A DNA stretch of 64,000 nt from Pseudomonadota bacterium (GCA_039819785.1 JBCBRH010000009.1:30885-94884); one strand, 5' to 3'; positions 1 to 10,794 are shown, counted from the stretch's first letter. Program-made: numbers and translations. The notes: generated by a model from the letters alone, not told the origin.

Positions 1-24
1 AGTGATGGGTGCCGTTTCCGACAT
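1..24 (-). CDS. 5' end of an unidentified gene running off the left edge (first 8 codons MSETAPIT)
   Basis: Minus-strand ATG at 24..22, preceded by AGGAG (plus coordinates 35..31) with a 6-nt spacer. Only 8 codons are visible, so the product is unknown. Confidence 0.3.
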
Positions 25-124
25 GGAATACTCCTGGGGCAGGATAGAAAAATGCCCTGTTTCTGAACTTCACCACTCGACCTGCCGTCTCGAATAGAAC
101 GCTGGATTGGCGGCTAAGGGGCGA

Positions 125-2644
125 CTACTCGGCGGCCTGACGTGGTGGCTCAGCCGTTTCAACACCGCGTGCGTTATGACCAGGTTGCAGATAATTGGGC
201 CGCAAGGCGTCAGGGTCGAAGTGATCAACGGCGATGACTTTTGCAACCAGCTGTTCGAGTTCGCGCAATTGGTCTGCTTCCTGTGAGGTGATCACACCCT
301 TATTGACCGCTTCGGCGAACCAATCCTCTCCGTGGTAACGGCGTACGACACCTTTGCGCACGGCCTTTTCGAGCCGCTTTTCAGCGTCTTCAGCCGCGAT
401 GACTTTGGTGAAGGTCACCTCCAAGAGGCCAGTCACGTCGTTGACGTCATTTGACACAAACATATCGCGGGTAAGCCGGTCGCGCGTCGCTGTCGGAGCC
501 AACACGAGTTTTCCAACCGCGCGGCCAAGTTTGTCGGACGCAGGAGCATAGTGACGCCCCAGCGGGAAGACACACGCGCGCATCAGCCACCTGGCTGGCG
601 TGATCGGGAAATTGGAGATTGCCGCCATCAACGCTTCCTGGACCCGGAACAGACCGTTGCGGGCAGCCAATTCGACCACGACGCGGTCCTCTTTTGGATA
701 ACCATCGTCCTCGTAGCGTTTGAGGACGCACGAGACCAAATACAGCTCCGACAAAGCATCCGCGAGCCGACCGGTAATCCGCTGCTTGGTCTTCAGCCCA
801 CCACCCAGTGTGGCAACAGTCAGATCCGCCACCAAAGCGAAATTCCGGCTTTGCCGCGTAAGCTGTTGATACCAGCGTTCAGCCTCAGCATTTGCACCCG
901 GTGCTGGCGCGAACCGGCCACCAGAAATGTTGTGCCAGAACGCACCGCAGACATTGCTGACGGCATAACCAATGTGGCCTGTGAACGCGTCCTCGAACGC
1001 AGCAAGTCCGGCTTCCCGGTCCGGGTTCTGGGCCGCCTGAATCTCACGATACAAATAGGGATGTGACCGTAGCGCGCCCTGGGCAAAGGTGATCAGCGTC
1101 CGGGTCAGGATGTTGGCACCTTCGACCGTGATGCCAATGGGCACAGCCTGATAGGCGGCCTGGATGTAGTTCGATGGACCATCGCAAATCGCCTTGCCGC
1201 CATGAACGTCCATGGCATCAGCCACACATTGGCGCATGCGTTCGGTGGTTTGGTATTTCATCAACGCCGAGATGACCGAAGGCTTTTCACCGGCACTCAC
1301 CATGGAGGCTGTCACGGAGCGTGCGGCCTCATTGACATAAGCGTTCTCGGCAATCCGGACGATTGCTTCCTCGACACCCTCCATACGCCCGACAGAGAGA
1401 CCGAATTGCTTGCGGATACGCGCATACGACGTTGTATGTCGCAACATCGTCTTGGCACATGCCGTGGCTGAAGCTGGCAATGAGATGGCCCGGCCCGCCG
1501 CCAGACACTCCATCAACATGCGCCAACCCTGACCGACCATCTCCTCACCACCGATGATCCAATCCATCGGAATGAAAACGTCTTCACCCCAGTTCGGGCC
1601 ATTGGGGAACATCGCGCCACACGGCAGATGCCGTCGTCCGATGTTCACCCCAGGATGATCCGTAGGAATCATGGCAACCGTGATGCCCACGTCTTCGGTC
1701 TCACCCATCAGGTTGTCGGGATCGAACAGCCGGAACGCCAGCCCGAGGAGCGTCGCCTTGGGCGCCAGTGTGATGTAGCGCTTATCCCACGACAGCCGGA
1801 CACCCAGCGTTTCGCGGCCGTCATGCATGCCCTTGGCGACATATCCGACATCGCGCATCGTGGCAGCATCCGACCCTGATGTGGGTCCGGTCAGCGCGAA
1901 GCAAGGCACCTCCTGCCCCTTGGCGAGGCGCGGCAAATAATGTGCTTTTTGATGTTCAGTCCCATACTTTTCAATCAGCTCGCCAGGACCCAGCGAATTC
2001 GGCACCATCACAATGATCGATACATCGGGCGAGCGCGATGAGACCTTGCCGAGGATCAGAGACTGAGCCTGGGCCGAAAACCCAAGACCGCCGTGCTCCT
2101 TCGAGATGAGCATCCCCAGAAAGCCGTTGGCCTTGATGAAATCCCAGATGTGATCGGGCACTTCGCGGTCATTATGACGGATCTGCCAATCATCAATCAT
2201 CGCACACAGCTGTTGCGTGGGCCCGTCCAGAAAGGCGCGTTCTTCATCCGTGAGTTCGATCGGTGCAACCTTGCGGAGCTTTGCCCAATCGGGTTGGCCC
2301 GAAAATAGCTCGGCATCAAAACCGACGGTGCCGGCATCAAGGGCCTGCTGCTCTGTGCTCGATACCTTTGGGAGTACCTTGCACACGATGCCGAAGGCCG
2401 GCGCGACGAGAGTTGCCCGCCGGACGGACGGAATCGCGATCACACCCAGGATTACAGGAACGATGTAGCCCATGAGACCGAAAACCGTCGGCCATTGTGC
2501 AGACAACCGACCATCGGGCAGGCCGGACTGCCAGGCAAACACGAACCCCGCAGTCGCCAGCGCCCACGCCCACAAAGGCGCCCGATTGACGCCGAGTGCC
2601 AGCAAAACGGCACATCCAGCAACACTCGTCAGGATCTCGCCCAT
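125..2644 (-). CDS. fadE: Large FadE-type acyl-CoA dehydrogenase with N-terminal membrane helices
   Basis: 839 aa. Hydrophobic N-terminus followed by ...KVLPKVSSTEQQALDAGTVGFDAELFSG..., as in E. coli FadE. ACAD core includes LTGPTSGSDAA. Size matches the FadE class (about 810-840 aa). Confidence 0.9.
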   Translation of the reverse strand: MGEILTSVAGCAVLLALGVNRAPLWAWALATAGFVFAWQSGLPDGRLSAQWPTVFGLMGYIVPVILGVIAIPSVRRATLVAPAFGIVCKVLPKVSSTEQQALDAGTVGFDAELFSGQPDWAKLRKVAPIELTDEERAFLDGPTQQLCAMIDDWQIRHNDREVPDHIWDFIKANGFLGMLISKEHGGLGFSAQAQSLILGKVSSRSPDVSIIVMVPNSLGPGELIEKYGTEHQKAHYLPRLAKGQEVPCFALTGPTSGSDAATMRDVGYVAKGMHDGRETLGVRLSWDKRYITLAPKATLLGLAFRLFDPDNLMGETEDVGITVAMIPTDHPGVNIGRRHLPCGAMFPNGPNWGEDVFIPMDWIIGGEEMVGQGWRMLMECLAAGRAISLPASATACAKTMLRHTTSYARIRKQFGLSVGRMEGVEEAIVRIAENAYVNEAARSVTASMVSAGEKPSVISALMKYQTTERMRQCVADAMDVHGGKAICDGPSNYIQAAYQAVPIGITVEGANILTRTLITFAQGALRSHPYLYREIQAAQNPDREAGLAAFEDAFTGHIGYAVSNVCGAFWHNISGGRFAPAPGANAEAERWYQQLTRQSRNFALVADLTVATLGGGLKTKQRITGRLADALSELYLVSCVLKRYEDDGYPKEDRVVVELAARNGLFRVQEALMAAISNFPITPARWLMRACVFPLGRHYAPASDKLGRAVGKLVLAPTATRDRLTRDMFVSNDVNDVTGLLEVTFTKVIAAEDAEKRLEKAVRKGVVRRYHGEDWFAEAVNKGVITSQEADQLRELEQLVAKVIAVDHFDPDALRPNYLQPGHNARGVETAEPPRQAAE

Positions 2645-2764
2645 CGGGGCCTCCTACAAATGAGAACAGATGCCAGACCCGCAATTCAGCATTTTCAAAG
2701 GCATACCAACAGCGGACAAGGCCAATCCAATCACTTCGGTATAGCGGTGTTCGGTTTAGAGTTG

Positions 2765-2782
2765 GTTGACGTTTACGTCAAC
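2765..2782. promoter_or_regulatory. Perfect 8+8 inverted repeat GTTGACGT-TT-ACGTCAAC, candidate operator in the fadE / CDGSH divergent intergenic region
   Basis: Read directly from the sequence. Lies 121-138 bp upstream of the fadE start codon in a 496-bp non-coding gap. The regulator is unknown. Confidence 0.4.
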
Positions 2783-3140
2783 TTCCGCAGCAACGTACCC
2801 AGCCTCCCGGTTATGCCTGACATGGGTCAGTGTGGCGGTTTCCGTTTGGTTAGGATTTGACATCAAATGGGATCGCCATCCAGTAACAATAGTGCATGTG
2901 CCTGTGCAAAACGCAGCGACGAAGCCAACCAACGCAGGACCGATGCTCCTTGGGAAGTGGTGGTGCCTCGGCCAACTGCAGGGCTTACGAACAAATGGCT
3001 CCAGCACCTGCCGGCTCAGACCCGCAGCGAAAAACTGCTTGAGAGCATTTGCCCATTTGGTCTCTAGTCGCTAAATCAACCCAACTCTGAACCCCTGGCG
3101 AAACCGGACCTCAATCCAAACTCAGAAGGAAACGTCTCAA

Positions 3141-3383
3141 TTGGCTGAAGATCCAGTTGTTGCCCAGACCGGCCCCTATCAAGTCGAACTTGAAGAAGGC
3201 AAAGCCTATTTTTACTGCCGTTGCGGTCGATCGGCCCGCCAGCCCTTCTGCGACGGTGCGCACAAAGGAACCGGCATCGATCCTATGCGGTTCGTGGCTG
3301 AAAGCTCCGGCACGTTTAACTTATGCGGTTGTAAGGACACGGACGACGAACCGTTTTGTGATGGCTCGCACAACGTCCTTTGA
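3141..3383 (+). CDS. CDGSH iron-sulfur domain protein (two CDGSH motifs, mitoNEET-like)
   Basis: 80 aa with two copies of the C-x-C-x(n)-C-D-G-[SA]-H signature: CRCGRSARQPFCDGAHKG and CGCKDTDDEPFCDGSHN. Confidence 0.85.
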   Translation: MAEDPVVAQTGPYQVELEEGKAYFYCRCGRSARQPFCDGAHKGTGIDPMRFVAESSGTFNLCGCKDTDDEPFCDGSHNVL

Positions 3384-3688
3384 AACTGACGGGCTTGCCG
3401 AGATCACGGGGTGTGGAGACAGCCCCGTCTGACGACACCTCGCACACCAGGGCAGGGGCCGGATGATAAGCCAGAGATGGCTGGCTTTTCGCCATTGTGA
3501 TGCTTGGATCGGCAATTGCCCTACACCTGAGCCACAATGCGGGGATGAACTGTGCGTGCCCCCTAGCGGTTTGGCGCGCGTTGCTTAAGGTGGCGGATCT
3601 ACTCCGGGTGATACGCGTGCTCCGTGTATCTGTCCGAGGCATGGAACGGGCAACAAACACCGAACGGCGAAGAGCTTTAAACCGCACG

Positions 3689-4603
3689 ATGGACTATTTT
3701 CTCCAACAACTCGTCAACGGCATCACGCTGGGTTCGGTCTACGGGCTGATCGCCATCGGCTACACCATGGTCTACGGCATTATCGGCATGATCAACTTCG
3801 CCCATGGCGATGTTTTCATGGTGTCCGTATTCATCGCTATGATCGTATTCTTGCTCATCACCTCGATTTTCGGGGCTATCGGCATCGGCTTGGCGCTGAT
3901 CATGGTGCTCGTGATTGGCATGGCGCTGACTGCGCTGTGGAGCTGGGTGATCGAACGCATCGCGTACCGGCCCCTGCGTGGTTCCTTTCGCCTCGCGCCC
4001 CTCATTTCGGCCATTGGCATGTCGATCTTTCTGGTCAACCTTGTTCAGCTCATCCAGGGCCCGCGCAACAAGTCAGTGCCGCCATTGTTGGACGGCGGTG
4101 TCACCATCCCAATCGGTTCCGGCGATATCACGATCGCCTACAAGCAGCTTCTCATCGTGGCATCGACGGCATTTCTGCTCACGTGCTTCTGGTTCATCGT
4201 CCAACGCACATCACTCGGGCGCGCGCAACGGGCCTGCGAACAGGACCAGAAAATGGCAGCCCTCCTGGGTATTGACGTCAACCGCACCATCTCGCTGACG
4301 TTCATTATGGGAGCGGCCCTCGCTGCCGTGGCGGGCGTTATGTACATGGTTCAGTACGGCGTCGTGAACTTTGCCGACGGTTTTGTCCCCGGCGTGAAAG
4401 CGTTCACCGCAGCCGTGCTCGGCGGTATCGGCTCCCTTCCAGGAGCCGTCTTGGGCGGCTTGCTGATCGGGCTGATTGAGACGCTCTGGTCGGCCTATTT
4501 CTCGATCGACTACAAGGATGTGGCAGCGTTTTCGATTTTGGCGATCACGTTGATTTTCATGCCATCCGGCATCCTCGGCAAACCTGACGTTGAAAAGGTC
4601 TGA
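3689..4603 (+). CDS. livH: Branched-chain amino acid ABC transporter permease LivH
   Basis: [41 protein letters not shown]... is the canonical LivH N-terminus. I moved the start to the ATG at 3689; the track ORF starts at 3497 with a non-LivH-like leader. Confidence 0.9.
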   Translation: MDYFLQQLVNGITLGSVYGLIAIGYTMVYGIIGMINFAHGDVFMVSVFIAMIVFLLITSIFGAIGIGLALIMVLVIGMALTALWSWVIERIAYRPLRGSFRLAPLISAIGMSIFLVNLVQLIQGPRNKSVPPLLDGGVTIPIGSGDITIAYKQLLIVASTAFLLTCFWFIVQRTSLGRAQRACEQDQKMAALLGIDVNRTISLTFIMGAALAAVAGVMYMVQYGVVNFADGFVPGVKAFTAAVLGGIGSLPGAVLGGLLIGLIETLWSAYFSIDYKDVAAFSILAITLIFMPSGILGKPDVEKV

Positions 4604-6039
4604 TGCCAATGGATGCGCCAACACCTTCAAAACCGGACGATGGTGCAACCGAATCCGAGGTTCTCGAACAGACCCAACCGCCGTTTTCAGCGCGCGTCCT
4701 GCCAGCATTGAAGGATGCCGCGTTGACCGGGCTTGTGGTGCTAGGCCTCTGCACGCCCATCGTCATGTTCCTGACACGGCAGGATTTGAACACCCAGCGC
4801 CTCGTCCTCGATCCGCGCTACGAACTGGTCGCCTCACTGGTGGCCATCGCCGTGACGGCCCGACTGTTCTGGCTGTTGTTCCGGACAGAAATCGCAGCGG
4901 CTGCCGCATCGGGTTGGCAGGCCATCGCCACCACATCCGCGCCCGCAGCGGACTATGCGCACCAGTTCAAGATCGCAGGTCTGTTGATCCTGCTGGCCTA
5001 TCCATTTCTGGCAGTCGCGTTGGCCGGGCCCGGCGGCGCACTCAAATGGATCGACAATTACGGCATCCAGATACTCATTTACGTGATGCTCGGATGGGGC
5101 CTAAATATTGTTGTCGGGTTGGCCGGGCTTTTGGACCTTGGCTATGTCGCATTTTATGCCGTAGGCGCCTATTCGACGGCACTGTTGACCACACACTTCG
5201 GATTCTCGTTCTGGATCTGCCTGCCGCTGGCCGGCATCTTCGCAGCGTTCTGGGGCATTCTGCTCGGGTTTCCCGTCCTGCGACTCCGGGGCGATTATCT
5301 CGCAATCGTGACGCTTGCCTTTGGCGAGATCATACGGCTCGTGCTGATCAATTGGACAGAGGTGACCGGTGGCAGCGCCGGCATCTCAGGCATCACGCGG
5401 CCTTCATTTTTCGGCCTTCCGTTCAATGCATCCGATAGCGGTTTTGCAGCCTTCTTCGGGCTGGAATTCACACCGCTCCATCGTTTGTTCTTCCTATTCT
5501 ATCTCATACTCGCCCTGGCGTTTCTCACCAACTTTGTGGTTGTCCGATTGCGGCGTCTACCTCTCGGGCGGGCGTGGGAAGCTCTACGGGAAGATGAAAT
5601 CGCCTGCCGGTCACTCGGCATCGACACCGTCATTACCAAGCTTTCGGCCTTCTCCATTGGGGCCATGTTCGGCGGATTTGCTGGCGCGTTTTTCGCCGCT
5701 CGCCTTGGCTTCATTTCACCCAAGTCGTTTGAGTTCATGGAGTCTGCCGTCATCCTATCCATCGTCGTTCTTGGCGGAATGGGGTCGCAAGTCGGCGTGG
5801 CGATTGCCGCCGTCGTGATGATCGGTGGAACTGAAATCCTCCGAGAGCTCCAATGGATGAAGGCCTTCCTCGGCCCATCCTTCGACCCCACGCATTACCG
5901 GATGCTGATCTTCGGACTTGCCATGGTCGCAATGATGATCTGGCGGCCGCGCGGATTGATTTCCCGTCGCGATCCATCCGTGTTTCTGCACGAACGAAAA
6001 TCAATTTCCGGCAGCATGGTCAAAGAGGGCCACGGCTGA
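4603..6039 (+). CDS. livM: Branched-chain amino acid ABC transporter permease LivM
   Basis: Polytopic membrane protein with LivM-type motifs ([40 protein letters not shown]). Its start overlaps the livH stop (ATGA-type coupling). Confidence 0.9.
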   Translation: MPMDAPTPSKPDDGATESEVLEQTQPPFSARVLPALKDAALTGLVVLGLCTPIVMFLTRQDLNTQRLVLDPRYELVASLVAIAVTARLFWLLFRTEIAAAAASGWQAIATTSAPAADYAHQFKIAGLLILLAYPFLAVALAGPGGALKWIDNYGIQILIYVMLGWGLNIVVGLAGLLDLGYVAFYAVGAYSTALLTTHFGFSFWICLPLAGIFAAFWGILLGFPVLRLRGDYLAIVTLAFGEIIRLVLINWTEVTGGSAGISGITRPSFFGLPFNASDSGFAAFFGLEFTPLHRLFFLFYLILALAFLTNFVVVRLRRLPLGRAWEALREDEIACRSLGIDTVITKLSAFSIGAMFGGFAGAFFAARLGFISPKSFEFMESAVILSIVVLGGMGSQVGVAIAAVVMIGGTEILRELQWMKAFLGPSFDPTHYRMLIFGLAMVAMMIWRPRGLISRRDPSVFLHERKSISGSMVKEGHG

Positions 6040-7007
6040 TGTCGGCCACCTCGACGAACAGCCGGACAGGCGGCCAGAACCACGGGCAACAGCCGCAACC
6101 CGGTGTCGTACGCCCACCCCTGCTCTCGGTCTCGCACCTGACCATGCGCTTCGGCGGTCTGCTTGCCGTCAATGACCTGTCTTTCGAAGCCCGCAAGGGT
6201 GATATCACCGCCCTGATCGGCCCGAACGGGGCGGGTAAAACCACCGTCTTCAACTGCATTACCGGGTTCTATAAACCAACCAGCGGACGCATCGCGCTAG
6301 CGCGTGGCCAGAGTGCAACCTATACCGCCATCGATCAGTTGACCCGCACCGGCAAACGCCACACGGCCAGCCACGACGGTGGGGTGTTCCTGCTGGAACG
6401 GATGGGCGACAGCGAGATCACCGCCAGGGCGAAAGTGGCCCGGACGTTTCAGAATATCCGGCTGTTCACCGGTATGACGGTTTTGGAAAACCTAATTGTC
6501 GCTCAGCACAACGAGCTCCATCACGCATCCGGCTACGGCATCCTGGGCCTCATCGGCGCACCAAGCTTCAAACGGGCGGAGGCCGAGGCGATCGACTTTG
6601 CCGCCCACTGGCTGGAAAAAACCGGACTGATCGCGCGCGCCGATGATCCAGCCGGTGACCTACCCTACGGTGACCAGCGCAGGCTTGAGATCGCACGCGC
6701 CCTATGCACAAAGCCAGCGCTCCTGTGTCTGGATGAACCCGCCGCCGGACTGAACCCGAAGGAAAGCCAGGATCTCAACACGCTATTGCGATCGATCCGC
6801 GATGAGACGGACACATCCTTGCTGTTGATCGAACACGACATGAGCGTCGTCATGGAAATTTCCGACCACGTGATCGTGCTGGAGTATGGGATCAAGATTT
6901 CAGATGGCAGCCCAAGTGCGGTGCAGAATGATCCCAAAGTCATCGCGGCCTATTTGGGCGTCGAAGACGATGAAGTTGAACAGGCGGAAGCGGAGCTCGA
7001 CACATGA
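6039..7007 (+). CDS. livG: Branched-chain amino acid ABC transporter ATP-binding protein LivG
   Basis: Walker A GPNGAGKTT, signature LPYGDQRRLEIARAL, Walker B LLCLDEPAAGL. The ATG at 6039 overlaps the livM stop (cTGATG). The longer track ORF from 5853 lies inside livM. Confidence 0.9.
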   Translation: MSATSTNSRTGGQNHGQQPQPGVVRPPLLSVSHLTMRFGGLLAVNDLSFEARKGDITALIGPNGAGKTTVFNCITGFYKPTSGRIALARGQSATYTAIDQLTRTGKRHTASHDGGVFLLERMGDSEITARAKVARTFQNIRLFTGMTVLENLIVAQHNELHHASGYGILGLIGAPSFKRAEAEAIDFAAHWLEKTGLIARADDPAGDLPYGDQRRLEIARALCTKPALLCLDEPAAGLNPKESQDLNTLLRSIRDETDTSLLLIEHDMSVVMEISDHVIVLEYGIKISDGSPSAVQNDPKVIAAYLGVEDDEVEQAEAELDT

Positions 7008-7774
7008 GTGATGCCGTTGAAGCCGGACCTCAAACAACGATCGCGCAAGCACCTGAGCCCATGTTGGATATACGCAACGTGACCACGTGCTATGGCAACA
7101 TCATTGCCTTGCGCGGCGTTGACCTCCATGTCCATCGCGGTGAGATCGTGACCCTCATCGGTGCAAACGGCGCAGGCAAATCCACGCTGATGATGACCAT
7201 CTTCGGCAATCCCAGAGCGCGGGAAGGTCAGGTGATTTATGAGCGTCAGGACATCACGCAGATGCCGACCCATCACATCGCCCGGCTGAGCATTGCCCAA
7301 TCCCCCGAAGGCCGGCGGATCTTTCCGCGCATGACGGTTCTCGAAAACCTGCAAATGGGCGCAGCACTGATCGGCAAAGAGCACTTCGATGAAGACCTGT
7401 CCACGGTCACCACGCTGTTCCCACGCCTGAGAGAGCGTCTGTCGCAACGCGGCGGCACCCTGTCTGGCGGCGAGCAGCAGATGCTCGCCATTGCACGTGC
7501 ACTGATGAGCAGGCCAAAGCTCTTGCTCTTGGATGAACCGTCTTTGGGCTTGGCCCCCATTATTGTGCGGCAGATCTTCGAAGCGATCCGCGAATTGAAT
7601 GCCCGCACCGGGCTCACGGTCTTTCTTGTTGAGCAGAACGCATTTCACGCGCTGAAGCTAGCTCACCGCGGCTACGTCATGGTCAACGGGCGAATTACCA
7701 TGAGCGGAGAAGGCCAGGACTTGCTGCATCGTCCAGAAATCCGTGCGGCTTATCTGGAAGGAGGCCGTCACTGA
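7004..7774 (+). CDS. livF: Branched-chain amino acid ABC transporter ATP-binding protein LivF
   Basis: Walker A GANGAGKST, signature LSGGEQQMLAIARAL, Walker B LLLLDEPSLGL. The start ATG overlaps the livG stop (ATGA). Confidence 0.9.
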   Translation: MSDAVEAGPQTTIAQAPEPMLDIRNVTTCYGNIIALRGVDLHVHRGEIVTLIGANGAGKSTLMMTIFGNPRAREGQVIYERQDITQMPTHHIARLSIAQSPEGRRIFPRMTVLENLQMGAALIGKEHFDEDLSTVTTLFPRLRERLSQRGGTLSGGEQQMLAIARALMSRPKLLLLDEPSLGLAPIIVRQIFEAIRELNARTGLTVFLVEQNAFHALKLAHRGYVMVNGRITMSGEGQDLLHRPEIRAAYLEGGRH

Positions 7775-8130
7775 TGTTTGATGTGATCTACCCAACCGGG
7801 CCATCTGGCCTTGCTGTCTTTATCCTGGTCACGGTTCTCATCGCCGGCGCTGCCGCATTTGCTACGGGTCGCGCCATCGCGCGCCAATGGAAACCGATGC
7901 TGCAATTGGTGGCTTATACGTTCCTGCTGGCGCTGGTCGCGCGATTTTTGCAGTTCGCGCTTTTTAACCAGCCGTTTTTGGACCCTCGGAACGTTGGCGT
8001 AGACTTTGTCGTCTTGCTGATCATCGCGCTGATCGGCTTCAGAATGGCGCGCACCCGTCAGATGGCCGGACAATATCCTTGGAAATTCAAAGCGAAAGGG
8101 CCTGTGACGTGGACAGAGCGAGGCTCGTGA
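7774..8130 (+). CDS. Small integral membrane protein translationally coupled to livF
   Basis: 118 aa with three hydrophobic helices. Its ATG overlaps the livF TGA (cTGATG). No motif recognised. Confidence 0.55.
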   Translation: MFDVIYPTGPSGLAVFILVTVLIAGAAAFATGRAIARQWKPMLQLVAYTFLLALVARFLQFALFNQPFLDPRNVGVDFVVLLIIALIGFRMARTRQMAGQYPWKFKAKGPVTWTERGS

Positions 8131-8326
8131 AAGGGACGAAGTGGTCGGCGCGACCCTGAGACCCTGCCCAACGATAGAACCGCTTAAGCCTTGATTGCCG
8201 CCGAATTCAACGTCACAACTCACCGGTAACGGACAAATGCCACGTCCTGATCATCATACCCCGGTTATCCGGCCCTCTGGCCTTGTCGGCCCTGCAAATC
8301 CGAACGGACAACTTTAAGGAGACACC

Positions 8327-9475
8327 ATGCGCAGATCGACCACTCGAAGCTGGTTTGCAATCGCACTCGCCAGCATCAGTTGTGCCGCGCTCGCCGCCTG
8401 CGGCGACAACGGTGGAACACCCGCTGCTGAAACCGTCAAGATTGCCGTAGCAGGCCCCCTGACGGGACCCAACGCTGCATTCGGCGCACAGCTTAAAAAC
8501 GGTGCGGTGCAGGCCATTGAAGACATCAACGCAGCCGGTGGCATCAACGGCAAGCAAGTCGAACTCGTCTTCGGAGACGACGTGTCCGACCCCAAGCAGG
8601 GCGTGTCGATTGCCAACAATTTCGCAGGTGAAGGCGTCAAGTTCGTCATCGGGCACTTCAACTCGGGCGTCTCAATCCCAGCATCTGACGTCTACAATGA
8701 GAACGGCATGATGATGATCACGCCAGCCTCGACCAACCCGACGATCACCGAACGCAATATGTGGAACGTATTCCGTGTCTGCGGTCGCGATGATCAGCAA
8801 GGTACCGTCGCCGGGCGTTACATCGCCGACAATCTGGCTGACAAGAAAATCGCAATTGTCCACGACAAGACGCCCTACGGCAAAGGACTGGCGGACGAAA
8901 CCAAAAAAGCGCTGAATGAAGCAGGCATGCAGGAAGTCGTCTACGAGGGCATCAACACCGGCGAGAAGGACCTTTCAGCTCTGGTTTCAAAGATCAACGA
9001 CGCCGGTGCCGAGATCGTCTACTTCGGTGGTGTACATACTGAGGCTGGATTGCTGGCGCGTCAGCTGCGGGACCAGGCCTCCAGTGCAGTGCTGATGTCG
9101 GGCGATGGCATTGCGACTGATGAGTTTGCCTCGATTGCAGGACCGGCTGCTGAAGGCACGTTGATGACGTTTGCACCGGACCCACAAAAACGCCCCGAGG
9201 CTGCATCTGTTCTGAGCAAGTTCACAGAAAAAGGCATCAAACCGGAAGCCTACACGCTGTACTCCTACGCAGTTGCCCAAATTATCAAGGCGGCGGCTGA
9301 AAAGGCCGGTTCTGAAAAGCCGAAGCAGGTTGCAGAAGCCATGCGAACAGGTGGCCCGTTCAATACCGTCATCGGCGACATTAGCTTCGATGCAAAGGGC
9401 GACGTGACCCGCCTCGACTACACGATGTACACTTGGCAAAAAGAGGGTGAGCGCATCACCTATATCGAAAACTAG
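8327..9475 (+). CDS. livK: Leu/Ile/Val-binding periplasmic protein (type I PBP) of the Liv/Bra transporter
   Basis: Lipoprotein-like signal (IALASISCAALAACG), then VKIAVAGPLTGPNAAFGAQLKNGAVQAIEDINAAGGINGK..., typical of LivJ/LivK/BraC. Confidence 0.85.
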   Translation: MRRSTTRSWFAIALASISCAALAACGDNGGTPAAETVKIAVAGPLTGPNAAFGAQLKNGAVQAIEDINAAGGINGKQVELVFGDDVSDPKQGVSIANNFAGEGVKFVIGHFNSGVSIPASDVYNENGMMMITPASTNPTITERNMWNVFRVCGRDDQQGTVAGRYIADNLADKKIAIVHDKTPYGKGLADETKKALNEAGMQEVVYEGINTGEKDLSALVSKINDAGAEIVYFGGVHTEAGLLARQLRDQASSAVLMSGDGIATDEFASIAGPAAEGTLMTFAPDPQKRPEAASVLSKFTEKGIKPEAYTLYSYAVAQIIKAAAEKAGSEKPKQVAEAMRTGGPFNTVIGDISFDAKGDVTRLDYTMYTWQKEGERITYIEN

Positions 9476-9554
9476 GCCCGTAAGTGAGGTGCCGGTAACA
9501 AGCCAAGGCTTCTACAAGGCTTCTGACTGTGACCAACGACAAGACGAAACACGC

Positions 9555-9589
9555 AAAGGCGCCCTGCAAACGGGGCGCCTTTTTGGTTT
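9555..9589 (+). terminator. Rho-independent terminator after livK
   Basis: AAAGGCGCCC-tgcaaacg-GGGCGCCTTT stem (7 G:C plus 3 A:T pairs) followed by TTTTTGGTTT. Confidence 0.7.
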
Positions 9590-10794
9590 CCCGGTCCTGG
9601 CGGTTATTTGGTGGCATCGCGCTCGTGGCCAGCCTCGCCAACCTTGCGACTGCGCTGGCACACCAAGTCAACAAAGCGCCGCTGGTCATTGTGGCCGGGC
9701 CGGTCGAGGGCCGCTACGCGAGTTTGACGCATGCAACACGGTCCGGCGTACAAGCCGCGATCACGGCATGTCAGAACTGGACTACCAATCTCAAATCCGC
9801 ATCGCGATTGAGCCATTGCGCACGCGTCGAAACCGTTGCGCACGCCTGTGAAACCGGTCGCGATGGAGCCGATGGTTTTGACGAAAAGCTTTTGCAGATC
9901 ATCGCCCGCAAGCCCCAACTGGTCATCGGTCACCCCTGCGATCAAGCTGCACTGAAAGCTGCTGAAGCCTACCAAGAGACAGGCATCCCATTTGTCGCCG
10001 TCGGCGTGCGTGACCCGGGTTTCTGGGCGAGCGGAGGTGTGGCCACGCGCCATGCCATTGGTGCAAACCGCAACGATGAATCCGGTGCTCTACTGCTGCA
10101 AGCACTGCGGGGTATTCAATCCAAAGATGGGGAGTGTTTCCTTGCCATTGCCCATGATCAAACCCGTCGCAACCGGGCCCGGTTGCGGCAGTTGAATTCA
10201 CGAATAGAACGGTTGGACGTCGAGGGCATGCAGTGCGATCGCGTGAACGTCGTCCGGACGCTGCGCATCAAGGCATCACAGCTTAGCTACGATCGAGGCG
10301 CTGCGGCACTTACCAAAAGTGCCCCGGACGCGATTCTGCTTCTGACGTCACCAATCGAGGGCGGGTCTCTCATCCGATCCCTGGCAGCGATTGGGTATAC
10401 AGGCCGCGTGGTGGGACCACCTGAATGGATCGCCGAAGAGATATGGAGCACGGGTCAGCCCAGGACCGACCGACGCGCGATCGAAATCGCAAGTGCGCTC
10501 CCACTGTTTACACCGTTCTCGGAGCGTTTAAGGGACAATCAAGCGTTCGCAACGTTGCCGAGCGTAAAACAACGTGTTCAAAAAGCAATTGAAGCCTGGC
10601 TGAATAAAGACCGGAATGGGCATAGGGGATTGTCGGAAAACGAGATTCCGAATGCTGATGAATTGGAACTGGAAATGACTTCAAAAAGCAATTGGGCGGG
10701 ATTGCTGCAGTGCGATGGTGTCTGGAGCGCAAATGGTTGCGCGACGGAAAACCATCATCCCGACGAATACAAAGCGCCCGCACCAATCAAATAA
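9583..10794 (+). CDS. Divergent periplasmic-binding-protein-like secreted protein (LivK-like fold suspected)
   Basis: Signal peptide (LVSRSWRLFGGIALVASLANLATALA), then alternating beta-alpha pattern with weak LivK-like stretches (LVIGHPCDQAALKAAEAYQETGIPFVAVG). The track start at 9529 would put the livK terminator hairpin inside the CDS, so a TTG at 9583 is more plausible. Confidence 0.4.
   Translation: MVSRSWRLFGGIALVASLANLATALAHQVNKAPLVIVAGPVEGRYASLTHATRSGVQAAITACQNWTTNLKSASRLSHCARVETVAHACETGRDGADGFDEKLLQIIARKPQLVIGHPCDQAALKAAEAYQETGIPFVAVGVRDPGFWASGGVATRHAIGANRNDESGALLLQALRGIQSKDGECFLAIAHDQTRRNRARLRQLNSRIERLDVEGMQCDRVNVVRTLRIKASQLSYDRGAAALTKSAPDAILLLTSPIEGGSLIRSLAAIGYTGRVVGPPEWIAEEIWSTGQPRTDRRAIEIASALPLFTPFSERLRDNQAFATLPSVKQRVQKAIEAWLNKDRNGHRGLSENEIPNADELELEMTSKSNWAGLLQCDGVWSANGCATENHHPDEYKAPAPIK

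Noticed and set aside
3497-3688. N-terminal extensions of track ORFs (livH here; also livG 5853-6038, purS 16427-16516, purQ 17495-17653, rpsD 25934-26077, icd 28376-28468)
   Set aside because: The extensions are not family-like and often overlap the upstream gene or a terminator. In-frame ATGs, with an RBS or stop/start coupling, reproduce the canonical N-termini.
6950-7648. 232-aa minus-strand ORF
   Set aside because: Antisense to livF, which has unmistakable Walker and signature motifs. No motifs in the antisense product.
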